Shown here piece by piece: positions 12,354-24,543 of a DNA stretch of 33,682 nt; position 1 is the stretch's first letter, and each line of letters begins with the position of its first letter. Both the position numbers and the translations under genes were made by a program. The DNA comes from Macrostomum lignano (taxonomy: Eukaryota), in the NCBI GenBank assembly GCA_002269645.1, contig NIVC01002978.1, forward strand, positions 1 through 33,682. The letters are read 5' to 3'. The notes under the pieces were generated by a model, which was given only the letters and a program-made list of their open reading frames with translations, searched no databases and had not been told where the DNA came from.

Positions 12354-13489
12354 ATGAGCTACAAGCTGTACTACTTCGACGGTCGCGGACGTGGAGAAAT
12401 TATCCGTCTGGTCTTCGCAGCCACTGGGGTCGATTTCGAAGACATTCGATTCGATTTGGAAGAATGGGAAAGCAAGTACAGGGCGATCTCGCCTACGGGC
12501 TTGTGTCCGTACTTGGTCGACCCGGTGACCGGGAAAACGCTGGTGCAAAGTGGCGCCATCGCCAGACTGCTGGCTGCGAGATTCGGCCTGGCAGCCAGCG
12601 ATGACCAGGAGTTCTACAGAGTTGAGAGAATCCTGCACCAGGTTAGCGCTTCGGGGTTCAACCATAAGTAGGAAATTTTCTTACAAACTACTGACAAAAC
12701 AGTAGCTTTTCAAACCATAAATTTTTTTTCTGTGGCTGTTAAATAGAGGGGTTGAGGCCTAGTGGTTAGGGTGTCGGACTTACAACTGAAAGGTCGGGGG
12801 GTTCGCTTCAGTTCACTCAGCTATAAAATGGGTGCCAGCATTGGCTGGGGTCATTGAGAGTGTGTGTGGCGACCCCCCAGTCCTTGGACTGAACAGCCGT
12901 ACGCAGCCTTCAGATGCGCTGCGCAAATAGCTGCGGCTGAGCTGTCGGTTGCACATCTGTATTATTGCAGGTGTAATAAATTAAAATTATATTTTTATTA
13001 TGAACTGTCCATTGAGCTTTGAGCTTTAGTTCGTTTAATTAGGTCAATTGAACGAGCCTTCGTCAATCAAATATCATATTAAAAAGATTTACTAGTATAA
13101 AAGCTAGAACCTTTGCTCCGTTCCCCTACACCGAAAAGCTCACGGACATCGAGAACCTCGCCATCGACATACTATTTGGCCCGGAGGAGAAGCGTCCAGC
13201 TTTCAAGAAGGAATTCCTGGAGACCAAGGCGCCTTACCATTTCGGCATCCTGGCCGGGTACCTGCGGGAGGCCTCCGACTCGAAGTTCGCCGCAGCTGGA
13301 AAGAGCCTCACCTTGGCCGACCTGGCCCTTATCAACCTGATCGACTTCATGGAGTTCATCGGCCCCGAAGCCCAGGAGCTCGCGGCCGGCTTCGCGGAGT
13401 TCGCCGCCCACCGGAAGCACGCGCTCGAGTCGAACAAGAAACTGGCCGACTATCTGGCCAACCGGAAACCGGGAGCGCTGCCGTTCTAG
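12354..13489 (+). CDS. GST: Glutathione S-transferase, sigma-like (GST1); exons 12354-12641 and 13139-13489; 212 aa
   Basis: [19 protein letters not shown]...EEW...P..L.P....LVQSGAIAR...Q | LTDIE...GKSLTLADL...DYLANRK. Phase-0 GT-AG intron; exon 2 is open to TAG at 13487-13489. Confidence 0.93.
12748..12900 (+). mobile_element. tRNA-derived SINE fragment, family B, in GST1 intron
   Basis: A-box-like GGCCTAGTGG and B-box-like GGTTCG, followed by CACTCAGCTATAAAATGGG resembling conserved SINE central domains. Shares ACTGAAAGGTCGGGGGTTCG with 24683-24784. Confidence 0.65.
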
Positions 13490-13758
13490 AGATCTAGAGA
13501 ACGAGCCGAGTTCGGAGACAAAGCTTATAATCATTTTTCAAATAATTAATTTTCATGGACAACTACAGTAGAAGGGCGCCTACGCTCGATTTCTAAGAAA
13601 TTCGAATTCTAGCGTCCTAACTTCAACTTCAACTGTCCATTTTAGTTACAAAACAAGCCAATCTACTGTAGCTGCATGACATAGAGGCGTTTGTTAGTTT
13701 GACGTATATATCTGAACGTTGTTATCAAATCATTTGCGGAAATACATAGGAAACGTTT

Positions 13759-14126
13759 TTTATTATTATTATTAGAGGCAGGGGGGTTGTGTGCACCCTG
13801 GCGCACTTTAAGCGACATAGGCACACAACCGGCGAGAGGCATTACTGCCCATTCCGCCGACTCCCCTGAGCAGGCATACAAGCGCGCGGATACGTACGCA
13901 GGCACACACTCACACAGGAGTGTACAGCGGCCCTAACTTTATATTATCGTTAGGCATGTACACTTCACTGCGCCTTGGGGGGTTGGCTCTCAAGGCCGTT
14001 AATTGCACAAGCAGAGCCAAGCCGAGATTCCAATTCAGCCCCAAATTAATGTGACTGCACTTGGAATCGAGCCTGGGTCGCTGGCACACCAGAGCAGCTG
14101 CGCTACCGCTGGGCTACGGCCCCCCT
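13759..14126 (-). mobile_element. Full-length tRNA-derived SINE, family A, with (TAA)n tail and 12-bp TSD
   Basis: Head GGGGCCGTAGCCCAGCGG...GGCTCGATTCC, tail TAATAATAATAA; flanked by direct repeat TAGGAAACGTTT at 13747-13758 and 14127-14138. Three more copies in the window. Confidence 0.92.
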
Positions 14127-14672
14127 TAGGAAACGTTTGCTAATGACTTAAATCGAAACTTAAGTACCGTAGTTAAAAAATTTAATCAGAACTACCAACC
14201 ATTATCAGCGTCAATTAAGGGAGATTAGAGGAATGCAGTCTTACAATAACTTGTATTTTAAAATATTCCACAACAAATCTATGCTAAACAGTACTAGCTA
14301 TAGTGGCCTCCACGTGTTTGGGTGAAATTGCGGTCAGATTTTTTACTTTTGCGGCAAAAATAAAAAGAGAAAACGCACACCCTGCATGTGCAGTTTGCAA
14401 CAGCTGCTTAGTTTAGTGCTTCCTCGCGAGCAAAACAGCTTACGAGTACTAACGAACTAGTTACTTCAAGGCTGAGCAGTGTGCAAACTCTATCCCATAC
14501 CCCGGACTCAGTGTAGCATTTTATAAAAATTCCCCGAAGTGCGGCTTTCACTTCTGTTTCATTGGTACCTATAATAACAGATAGATGCAGTAGACGCATC
14601 GAATTAAAGAGACCGAAACTATTTTTTCCAAGGAAAATACATTTTGTCACCAGTTCCCGCAAGGCGATCTAC

Positions 14673-16697
14673 ATGATGAGCTACAAGCTGTACTACTTCG
14701 ACATGCGCGGCAGAGCGGAAGTCATTAGGCTTGTGCTCGCTGCGGCAGGCGTCGAGTTTCAGGACATCCGGTTCAGCAGAAACGAATGGATGGCCAAGTA
14801 CAAGGCGATGGCGCCAACCGGAGTAGCGCCCTTCCTGGATGACCCGGTGACAGGTAGCACGCTGGTGCAGAGCAATCCCATAGCTGCCCTGCTGGCTAAG
14901 AGGTTCAACTTGATGAGCAGCGATCCATTTGAGTGCTACCTTGTGGATCGATTGATCTATCAGGTGAGTACATATATACGAGTACATGAACTCTAGAACA
15001 GCTGGAGGTCGGCAAACTCCCTCTATTTCGCTGAGACTTCACAATAGCAATCCGGCCCGCTCAAGGTTTGTTTCTCTTCTCAGCTCTGTTACTTTTGTAG
15101 CTACCCCCTGAGGCAACAAAAGTTTGTCCACCCTGCGGAACATTTGTCGAAAAATTCGTGTCTTCAGGCTATACCGACGCAAAATTAGCGAAGAAACCGT
15201 ATCAAGATGCATTATCATCTCATCAGACTTCACCTTCTTTTGAAATAATATTTTTGATTGCCTGCATCAGCGAGTGCAACAACAATATATTATAATAGTC
15301 TTTATTCTACACAATGTCTTAGCAGACGGACGCTCTCGCATGTGAGCTAAAGCAAGGTTCTCTTCCATATACCTATCTGTTGTCAAATTGCTCTACAGTT
15401 CGATACAACGGTGCATAGGGTAAAATTGAACAGCAAATGAAGTTAAACAAGCGCATTCTATTAGCACTGAGCATTTTGAAACAGCTGTTCTGCACTACTA
15501 CGAGTATGCATGATTATTGTGCATGTGTGCATGATGCATGAGACACAATAATAGCCATTAGTTTTGGCCATTATTCAACAGTTGCACCCGCTATTCATAT
15601 TTACCACAGGTACGAAAAATTCATCACGTGACTGCCTTCCCCACGTATTCAACTCTCTTTTTTATCTTAGCATCCGCGTGAAATAAGGAAGGGTAGATCG
15701 TTCAGTATGTTCATGTAGCTGGGCTGAATAATGATACAGGTTTCGGGCCATTCTTTAACTACGACGTATGCTACACACTGCATAGGTGCCATTGTTTCAC
15801 ACTTATTTCACGCTAATGCAACCATAAGGCTAGAGGTTTGATACATGATAAACATCGGGAAACAGTCACGTGATAAAATTTGTGTACATTGGGGAGTAAT
15901 CTGTGGAATAATGGCCAAAACTAATAGCTATTGTGTCTGGATGAAAGTATATCTATGCAATGACACCTGCGCTTGGCACCTGCGTGAGTCGAAATTGCTT
16001 CAATCAATTTTAAAATGTGTCTGTACATTGATTTGAGCAATCTTTAACTCGCGGAGCTAAACAATTTCCAGTTCAGATTACCGATTTCCAACATTCAGAT
16101 TAACGATTTCTAACGTTCAGATTATTGATTTCCAACATTCAGATCAGATTACCGATTTCCAACATTCAGATTACCGATTTCCAACATTGAGATCAGATTA
16201 CCGATTTCCAACATTCAGATTACCGATTTCCAACATTCAGATCAGATTACCGATTTCCAACATTCAGATTACCGATTTCCAACATTCAGATTACCGATTT
16301 CCTACATTCAGATTACCGATTTCCAACATTCAGATTACCGATTTCCTACATTCAGATTACCGATTTCGCCGAAGAAGCAATCGCTCCAGCGCTGTACGGC
16401 CCTGCGGGGAGTCGAGAAGCTGCCAAGCAGGAGTTCCTCGAAGCCAAAGGACCGCGCCATTTTGCCAGCCTGGTGAAGTTGATGCAGGACTCCGGCGGTA
16501 GCGGTGGATTCGCCGTTGGAGACTCGCTCACTTTAGCTGATCTGGCCATCATCAACCTGCTTGACTTCGTTGACTGCATGGGACCGGAGGCGCGCCGCCT
16601 GATGTCCAGCTTCCCTCAGCTGGCAGCTCATCGCGAACGCGTTCTGGCATCGAACAAAAACCTTGCCGCTTACATTGCCAATAGGAAAGGCTATTAA
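14673..16697 (+). CDS. GST: Glutathione S-transferase, sigma-like (GST2); exon 1 14673/14676-14963, canonical exon 2 16356-16697
   Basis: [19 protein letters not shown]...NEW...LVQSNPIA...YQ|GTGAGT, at the same intron position as GST1. Exon 2 ITDFAEE...FAVGDSLTLADL...YIANRKGY*. Confidence 0.92.
16067..16367. repeat. 22-bp minisatellite (CAACATTCAG|ATTACCGATTTC) spanning the GST2 intron/exon 2 junction
   Basis: 13 AG|ATT junction copies; three 27-bp variants carry an extra ATCAG. Confidence 0.95.
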
Positions 16698-16810
16698 ATA
16701 GTTGTTTTAAACATTTGCGTAACTGCATTGTGCAGGATTTTGGCTGTGAATTGATTAAAACAATTAATTGCCAGCGATTTAGGTTAGGTGAAAGTTACGT
16801 TTTAGGTTAC

Positions 16811-17500
16811 GGGGCCGTAGCCTAGTGGTCCAGCGCGGCGCTCTGGTGTGCCAGCGGCCCAGGCTCGATTCCAAGTGCAGTTACATTAATTTAGGGCTAA
16901 ATTGGAATCTCGGCTTGGCTCTGCTCGTGCAATTGACGCCCTTCAAGGCCAACCCCCAAAACACAGTAAAGTGTACATGACTAACGATAAATAAAGTTAG
17001 AGCCGCTGTACACTCTTGTGTGAGTGTGTGCCTGTGCGTATGACTGCGTACGTATCCTTGCGCTTGTGTGCCTGTGTTGTTATTTTGGAGTCGATTTGTT
17101 TAACTTTAGGATGAGCAACGGAAAAAACAAACGATAGGCACGAAAGGCCTTGCACGGTCAATATATTTTGTATTAAAAAATGGTGAGTGAAAATTTGGGG
17201 GGTGGGGGGGGCTAGGTAGGCTAGGAGAGAGATAAGAAGGGTAGGAAAACGGGGGGAGGCGGCAAAGCGCACAAACAGAGGGGGGTGGTTTGAAAGCGGC
17301 AAATAAATCGATATTAGGCTAAACAACCACCACCGTACACACAGGTACATATGCACTGAATGAATGAGTAAATGAATGAATTCCGCGACAGCCTGCTCAG
17401 GGGAGTCGGCGGAAGGGGCAGCAATGCCTCTCGCCGGTTGCGTGACAGTGTCGCTTAAAGTGCGCTGGGATACGCACAGCCCCCTGCCTCTAATAAAGAA
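16811..17500 (+). mobile_element. SINE family A copy interrupted by a solo LTR
   Basis: Colinear with the 13759-14126 copy over 16811-17074 and 17391-17500. Confidence 0.88.
17075..17390 (-). mobile_element. Solo LTR (316 bp), BEL/Pao- or Copia-like
   Basis: TG...CA termini (TGTTG...CGACA) and a 5-bp TSD GCCTG at 17070-17074 and 17391-17395; the empty site is shown by the other SINE copies. Confidence 0.75.
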
Positions 17501-18149
17501 GAAAATTGCCAACTGAAACGACCGAGTCCGCGATGGACTTTTTAAGCATAAAAAGTGAGTTAACAATTTAAATAATGCATTCAATAGTGATTATACGTTA
17601 TTTAAACAACTATTGCACCAAAAGGTATGGAAAAATTAGCAAATTTCAGTTCAGTCTATCAACTATTCGATCCGAAATTTGTTTCTGATGTTTCTGATAT
17701 GCCACTTAAGTCTGGCAAGCCATCAGGCTGTTGAAAAAAGATTAAACATCCTACACAGTTGTGAAGCATCACTCGAACTCGAGAGCAATCCAGTGGTAGC
17801 ATCAAAACAGAAATTCTCGCACTTCTATCACGAAACTGCGAGAATGTTTATTTAGCTTGCTAATCGCCCAATCGCAGCTCGGTCAGAAAAGCAATTCTTC
17901 TCGAATCATTCAGCAATTTGAAGCTTAAGAACATCTTCGACACGGATGCCACAAGAACTCTTGAGCAGAGAGAGCCTGAGACAGTTTCAACACTTCAATG
18001 CAACAGACAAATAAAAACGACACCACAATTGTTTTAAATACCTAAAACTCGAATTAAAAAACCGTATACTGTTTTAACTCTGCTTTGGAGATTAGCTTAG
18101 CCGCAGTAAATTTAGCTACAGAATACGTTACCGGATCTGTGAGTCAGCC

Positions 18150-18860
18150 ATGCTGCTGCTGCTGCTTCTGAGCTGCCAGCTGCTGCAGTCGCAGGCCCTG
18201 CCGTGTCCCACACCGTTCACCATGCAGGCCGGTCTGTGCCTGTTCGTGAGCACAGCTCACAGCCACAGCTGGTGCTCAGCCAATCGGCAGTGCGCATCGA
18301 TCGGAGGTGAGCTCGTCAACTCGCACGGCTCCATTCTGGCGCTCAATCGAAGTGGCATCAGCTCATCCTGCGGCTGCGACCTGTGGCTCGGACTGAGCGA
18401 CCTGGCCGATGAGAGAAACCGGAGCAGAGCCGGCTGGCAGAGGGTCAACGGAAACGGCTTCGCCAGTCCCGAAAGTCTGTTTCCCTCAAACGAACCATCA
18501 GGACTTGCTGTTGAAAACTGCATTCGGATGAACGAACTCGGACTGCTCAAAGACACCAATTGCAAATTAAACTTTGGATTCGCTTGCGAGTACAAGGACC
18601 CCTCTGCGGATCCGAGGTTCGCCAAATGGAAGAAGGTGTCGTTCAAGAGAGCCATCTACAACTCCGAGTACTGCTTCACGGATGTGCCGAATGTGAGCAG
18701 CGCTGTTGAGTGCGTTGCAGCCGCTATGATTTACGGCAGCTGCAGACACGTGCTGTACAACAGCAAGCTGAGAGCCTGCCGCCTGCTGCTGTTCACCGAC
18801 GCTCAGGTGGAGGCGGAGATCGAGACGAGCGCCGACTGGGTCAAGTTCTATTTGGTCTGA
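18150..18860 (+). CDS. Secreted C-type lectin + PAN/apple-like protein, paralog 3, intronless, 236 aa
   Basis: Same motifs as paralog 2; intact ORF. Confidence 0.9.
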   Translation: MLLLLLLSCQLLQSQALPCPTPFTMQAGLCLFVSTAHSHSWCSANRQCASIGGELVNSHGSILALNRSGISSSCGCDLWLGLSDLADERNRSRAGWQRVNGNGFASPESLFPSNEPSGLAVENCIRMNELGLLKDTNCKLNFGFACEYKDPSADPRFAKWKKVSFKRAIYNSEYCFTDVPNVSSAVECVAAAMIYGSCRHVLYNSKLRACRLLLFTDAQVEAEIETSADWVKFYLV

Positions 18861-19425
18861 TTGATCTGGCAACACTACTGAACTGACGAGTTTGAGACGA
18901 AGCGATGTTAAAAAATTAATTATGATTTTTACTATCGAAATTTTCGACTTACCCCAAATTTGTCCCGAACTCTTGCTAAGCATCGATGCAAGAAAGAATT
19001 TCTAGTAGGCTGCATGGAGTTTTAAGAGGGTCTTGGATTGAAGATTCTAGATTGTTTTTTCGTGCATCTTTATTGTCGTTGAGTCTTCTTATATAATTTA
19101 TCTCAATTTCAGTGAGGCCCTAGCTTAGGCTGGTGAGGAGAGAGAGTGGAGAGTTATGATGAGAGTTGCATTTTTGACCAGTGGCCACTTGTTAGCTACT
19201 GGTTTCGGGATGGAAACTGTAACATGTTGCCGAGTGTGTGCGAAATCTTGGTTTTTCAATTAGGAACACGCTCGGGAATAAACAGGCCGTTGATTTTTAA
19301 GTCGTGCCAAAACTATCTTCGGAGAGATTGGGAAGGACAGCTCGTTCTATTAAAAAACCATCAGAGGCTGTATATTAGCTGCTAAGGCCTCATTTATACA
19401 TGTTCGATAATAAATCTAGTGAGAA

Positions 19426-19579
19426 GGGGGCCGTAGCCCAGTGGTCGAGCGCGGCGCTCTGATGTACCAGCGGCCCAGGCTCGATTCCAAGTGCAGTCGC
19501 ATTTAATTGGAGCTCAATTGGAATCTCGGCTTGGCTCTGCTTGTGCAATTAACGCCTTTGAGGGCCCACCCCCAAGGCG
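19426..19579 (+). mobile_element. SINE family A, 3'-truncated copy
   Basis: Matches the first ~150 bp of the other copies, then stops abruptly after CCCAAGGCG. Confidence 0.85.
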
Positions 19580-19790
19580 AGGATTGCCCCTTCTGCCTCT
19601 CCGGTGTCGAGAATGCGGAGCACTTCTTCTGTGAATGGACTCCCCGAAGGGGACCGCACTCACTACCGAATCTCCCTGCGTGACACCGCAGCACTAGCTG
19701 CCCGTGGTCGCCAGGGGTTGGCAAAATGGGCGGCAACGCCTCCCCACTGTATCCGGACGCCCGGAACCCTCCTAAGTAAAGTAAGTCAAG
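19580..19790 (+). mobile_element. Probable LINE 3'-end fragment (zinc-knuckle remnant and (AAGT)n-like tail)
   Basis: Reads DCPFCLSGVENAEHFFCE (CxxC...E..EH...C-like) and ends TAAGTAAAGTAAGTCAAG. Confidence 0.55.
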
Positions 19791-20187
19791 ATGTTTACCG
19801 GGTCTAAGTTTGAATCACTCGAACTTGAGAGCAATCCAGCTGCAGCACTAGAGCTGCAATTCTCGTCCTTCTGTCACGAAATTGCGAGACTGTTTATTTG
19901 GCTTGCCAATCATCAATTGCTGCTCTGAGCAGCTTCTTCACGAATCATGCAGCAATTTGAAGCTAAAAACATATGCGGTACAGATGCCACAAGAACTCTT
20001 CAGCAGTGAGCGCCTGAGCGAATGTCAACACTTTTAGAAACAGGCTAATATTTTTTTATAATAAACTTTCTAAATAAGTAAAACTCTAGCTCCAAAAACC
20101 GTATACTGTTTTGCCTTTGCCGTAAGGGTTAGCTTAGCCTCAGTGAATTTAGCTACAGAATACGTTTACCGGATCTGTGAGTCATCC

Positions 20188-20898
20188 ATGCTGCTGCTGC
20201 TGCTGCTGAGCTGCCAGCTGCTGCAGTCGCAGACCCTGCCGTGTCCCGCACCGTTCACCATGCAGCAGGCCGGTCTGTGCCTGTTCGTGAGCACAGCTCA
20301 CAGCCACAGCTGGTGCTCAGCCAATCGGCAGTGCGCATCGATCGGAGGTGAGCTCGTCAACTCGCAGAGCTTCATCCAGGCACTGAATCGCAGCGGCATC
20401 AGCTCATCCTGCAGCTGCCAGCTGTGGCTCGGACTGAGCGACCTGGCCGATGAAAGAGGCAAGAAGAGAGACGGCTGGCAGAGGGTCAACGGAAACGGCA
20501 TCGCCAGTCCTGAAAGTCTGTTTCGCACAAGCGAACCATCAGGAGGTGCTGATGAAAACTGCATTCGGATGAACGAACTTGGACTGCTCAGAGACACCAG
20601 TTGCAACCGTAACTATGGATACGCTTGCGAGTACACACATCCCTCTGCGGATCTGAGGTTCGCCAAATGGAAGGTGTCGTTCAAGAGAGCCATCTACAAC
20701 ACCGAGTACTGCTTCATCGATGTGCCGAATGTGAGCAGCGCTGTTGAGTGCGTTGCAGCCGCTATGAGTGACGCCAGCTGCAGACACGTGCTGTACAACA
20801 GCAAGCTGAGAGCCTGCCGCCTGCTGCTGTTCACCGACGCTCAGGTGGAGGCGGAGATCGAGACGAGCGCGGACTGGGTCAAGTTCTATTTGGTCTGA
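20188..20898 (+). CDS. Secreted C-type lectin + PAN/apple-like protein, paralog 4, intronless, 236 aa
   Basis: ATG at 20188 aligns with paralog 3; the longer GTG-started ORF in the track is not supported. Intact to TGA. Confidence 0.9.
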   Translation: MLLLLLLSCQLLQSQTLPCPAPFTMQQAGLCLFVSTAHSHSWCSANRQCASIGGELVNSQSFIQALNRSGISSSCSCQLWLGLSDLADERGKKRDGWQRVNGNGIASPESLFRTSEPSGGADENCIRMNELGLLRDTSCNRNYGYACEYTHPSADLRFAKWKVSFKRAIYNTEYCFIDVPNVSSAVECVAAAMSDASCRHVLYNSKLRACRLLLFTDAQVEAEIETSADWVKFYLV

Positions 20899-21349
20899 TT
20901 GATCTGAGGCTTTGAGACGGAGCAATGTTGAAAATAAATGATGATTTTAAATATCAAACTTTTCGCTTGATCCCAAATTTGTTCCGAGCTTTGTCTTAAA
21001 CATCGATGCAAGCAAGAAATTTCTAGTAGGCCGGCAGGAGTTTTAAAGGAGTCTTGAAGAAGATTCCTTTAGAGGCTTCATATTAGAATACTTAGTCGAT
21101 GCTTCGTCAACTTAATCAAGGATGGATTATCCGGTAGGTAGTTCCGTTAGAAAGTTTTAAGAAATCTTGGTTTTTCAATTAGTTTTTATGGTCAGGAATA
21201 AATGGGTCGGTGATTTTCAAGTCGCGTCCAGGATGGGCCTCGGAGAAATCGGGAAGGACAGCTCGTTGGGTTGAAAAAACAGCCGAGCTGTATAAAAGTA
21301 TGGCTGTTATGGCCTCATTAGTATGTTATACAATAATGGATAGTGAGAA

Positions 21350-21711
21350 GGGGACCGTAGCCCAGTGGTCCAGTGCGGCGCTCTGATGCGCCAGCGACCC
21401 AGGCTCAATGCCCAGTACAGTCACATTAATTTGGGGGCTAAATTTGACTCTCGGCTTGGCTCTGCTCGTGAAATTGACCCCTTTGAGGGCCAACACCCAA
21501 GGCACAGTGAGGTGTACATGCCTAACGATAAATAAAGTTAGGGCCGCTGTACACTCCTGTGTGAGTGTGTGTCTGTGCGTATCCGCGCGCTTTTGTGCTT
21601 GCTCAGGGGAGTCGGCGAAATGGGGGCAGTAATGCCTCTCAACGGTTGTGTGCATGACAATGTCGCTTAAAGTGCGCTGGGTGCATACAACCCCCCCCCC
21701 CTGCCTGTAAT
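21350..21711 (+). mobile_element. SINE family A, full-length copy
   Basis: Colinear with 13759-14126; shares its 5' junction with the 19426 copy. Confidence 0.9.
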
Positions 21712-22908
21712 CTGAAAAGGGAATTGTAAGGCTACGAGTACAATAGAATAAATAATAGACGATAACTACTCGTATTTTAGTAAATCAAGTTGCAAAATGA
21801 TTAAATTTTCCTAAAATAGAGACTTTACTGCAGTTCGAGTCATTCTCACTTGAAGCTTTACAGAAGACAAAAAAATCAGGTATAGCTTGGGAATGGAAAG
21901 TGACCTAGCTAGATTGTTATTTGCATATCGCCAGGCAAACCTTTTCTACACGAAATGCACACAAGGTCAGCCCAAATCCCGATAAATGTCAACTGCTTTT
22001 CGAACCCTGTAAAACAGAAACACATGGCTTGTAACTTCTCTATACATTTTCTTCCCTGAAATTTTCTGCTTCCGGAACAGCAGACTGCACGGGAAGAGAA
22101 AAGAGATAGATTGCAGTAGACGATGAACGAAACGAAGTGGTGGAAAATCCCCCAACGCGCTGCTGCATCACATACAAATGCTGACTAATCGTCCCATATA
22201 GTTTTCGCGCGTCGAGTGTGTCTCTCTGCAGGGAGGAAAAATTCGGGCAGAGGGCTCGCGCGCGCAGTTCCCGGTAACCTTTCCACCGATCTTGCGCCCA
22301 GGTAAGCAAGCCGCGAGCCCCTGGGGTACAGGGAGAAGGGAATGCCGAAAGATGGCGAATCCGATCGATAGAAAAGAGGCTGCAGAGCGCCATCATCGAT
22401 TGGGAACGGGATGTGCGGTGCCGGCGCCTCTCCATCCCTGTCTTGAATTCTGGGCCTGCCATTTCGAAGTTGCGGAATGCCATGGACCAGGTATAGCCGG
22501 TGCAGTTCGCAGTCGACATTTCCTAATGCGTGCTGGGTCGAATCCCTTCCCTCACCCACCCCCTCCCCTACAGATGCGGAGGTGCGCCGGTCGGGCAATT
22601 ACATGCAAAGTTCTGCGCAGCCCTTTCAGGGATCTGTTGAATCACTTTTTAGGTCTGCCCCGCAGAGCGGTCGAGTGGACTAGGAAGGGGGGGGGGTTGG
22701 TGGAAAGCGGACTGCCTAAAGCGACTTTTGGGATAAAAGAAACGTTCTGGTGGCCGATTTCTGGTTACCTCCACTTCCTTCACACGATCGCCGTCATAAG
22801 TTTTTGATATCTCTGCTCTTGCCTGCACCCGCTGCACAAACCTTCGCTCTAGGATTCCATTGTTGGCGACGTCATTCATTGTAAGGAACTGACTCTCCTT
22901 AGCTAGCT

Positions 22909-24543
<1,635 letters not shown>

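Larger units (their letters stand above)
17768..21500 (+). repeat. Tandem segmental duplication (~2.05-kb units: ~17768-19579 and ~19814-21500)
   Basis: Colinear upstream, coding, downstream and SINE-junction (TAGTGAGAAGGGG.CCGTAG) sequence in both units. Confidence 0.88.

Noticed and set aside
10451-20925. Antisense and alternative-frame ORFs overlapping the lectin and GST genes (e.g. 10545-10943, 12141-12665, 13172-13534, 18257-18655)
   Set aside because: Shadow ORFs of GC-rich coding sequence; no independent motifs.
22040-22880. GC-rich block with ORFs on both strands (possible TE or macro-domain remnant)
   Set aside because: No RT, RNase H, integrase or convincing macro motif found by eye; left unclassified pending TBLASTX.
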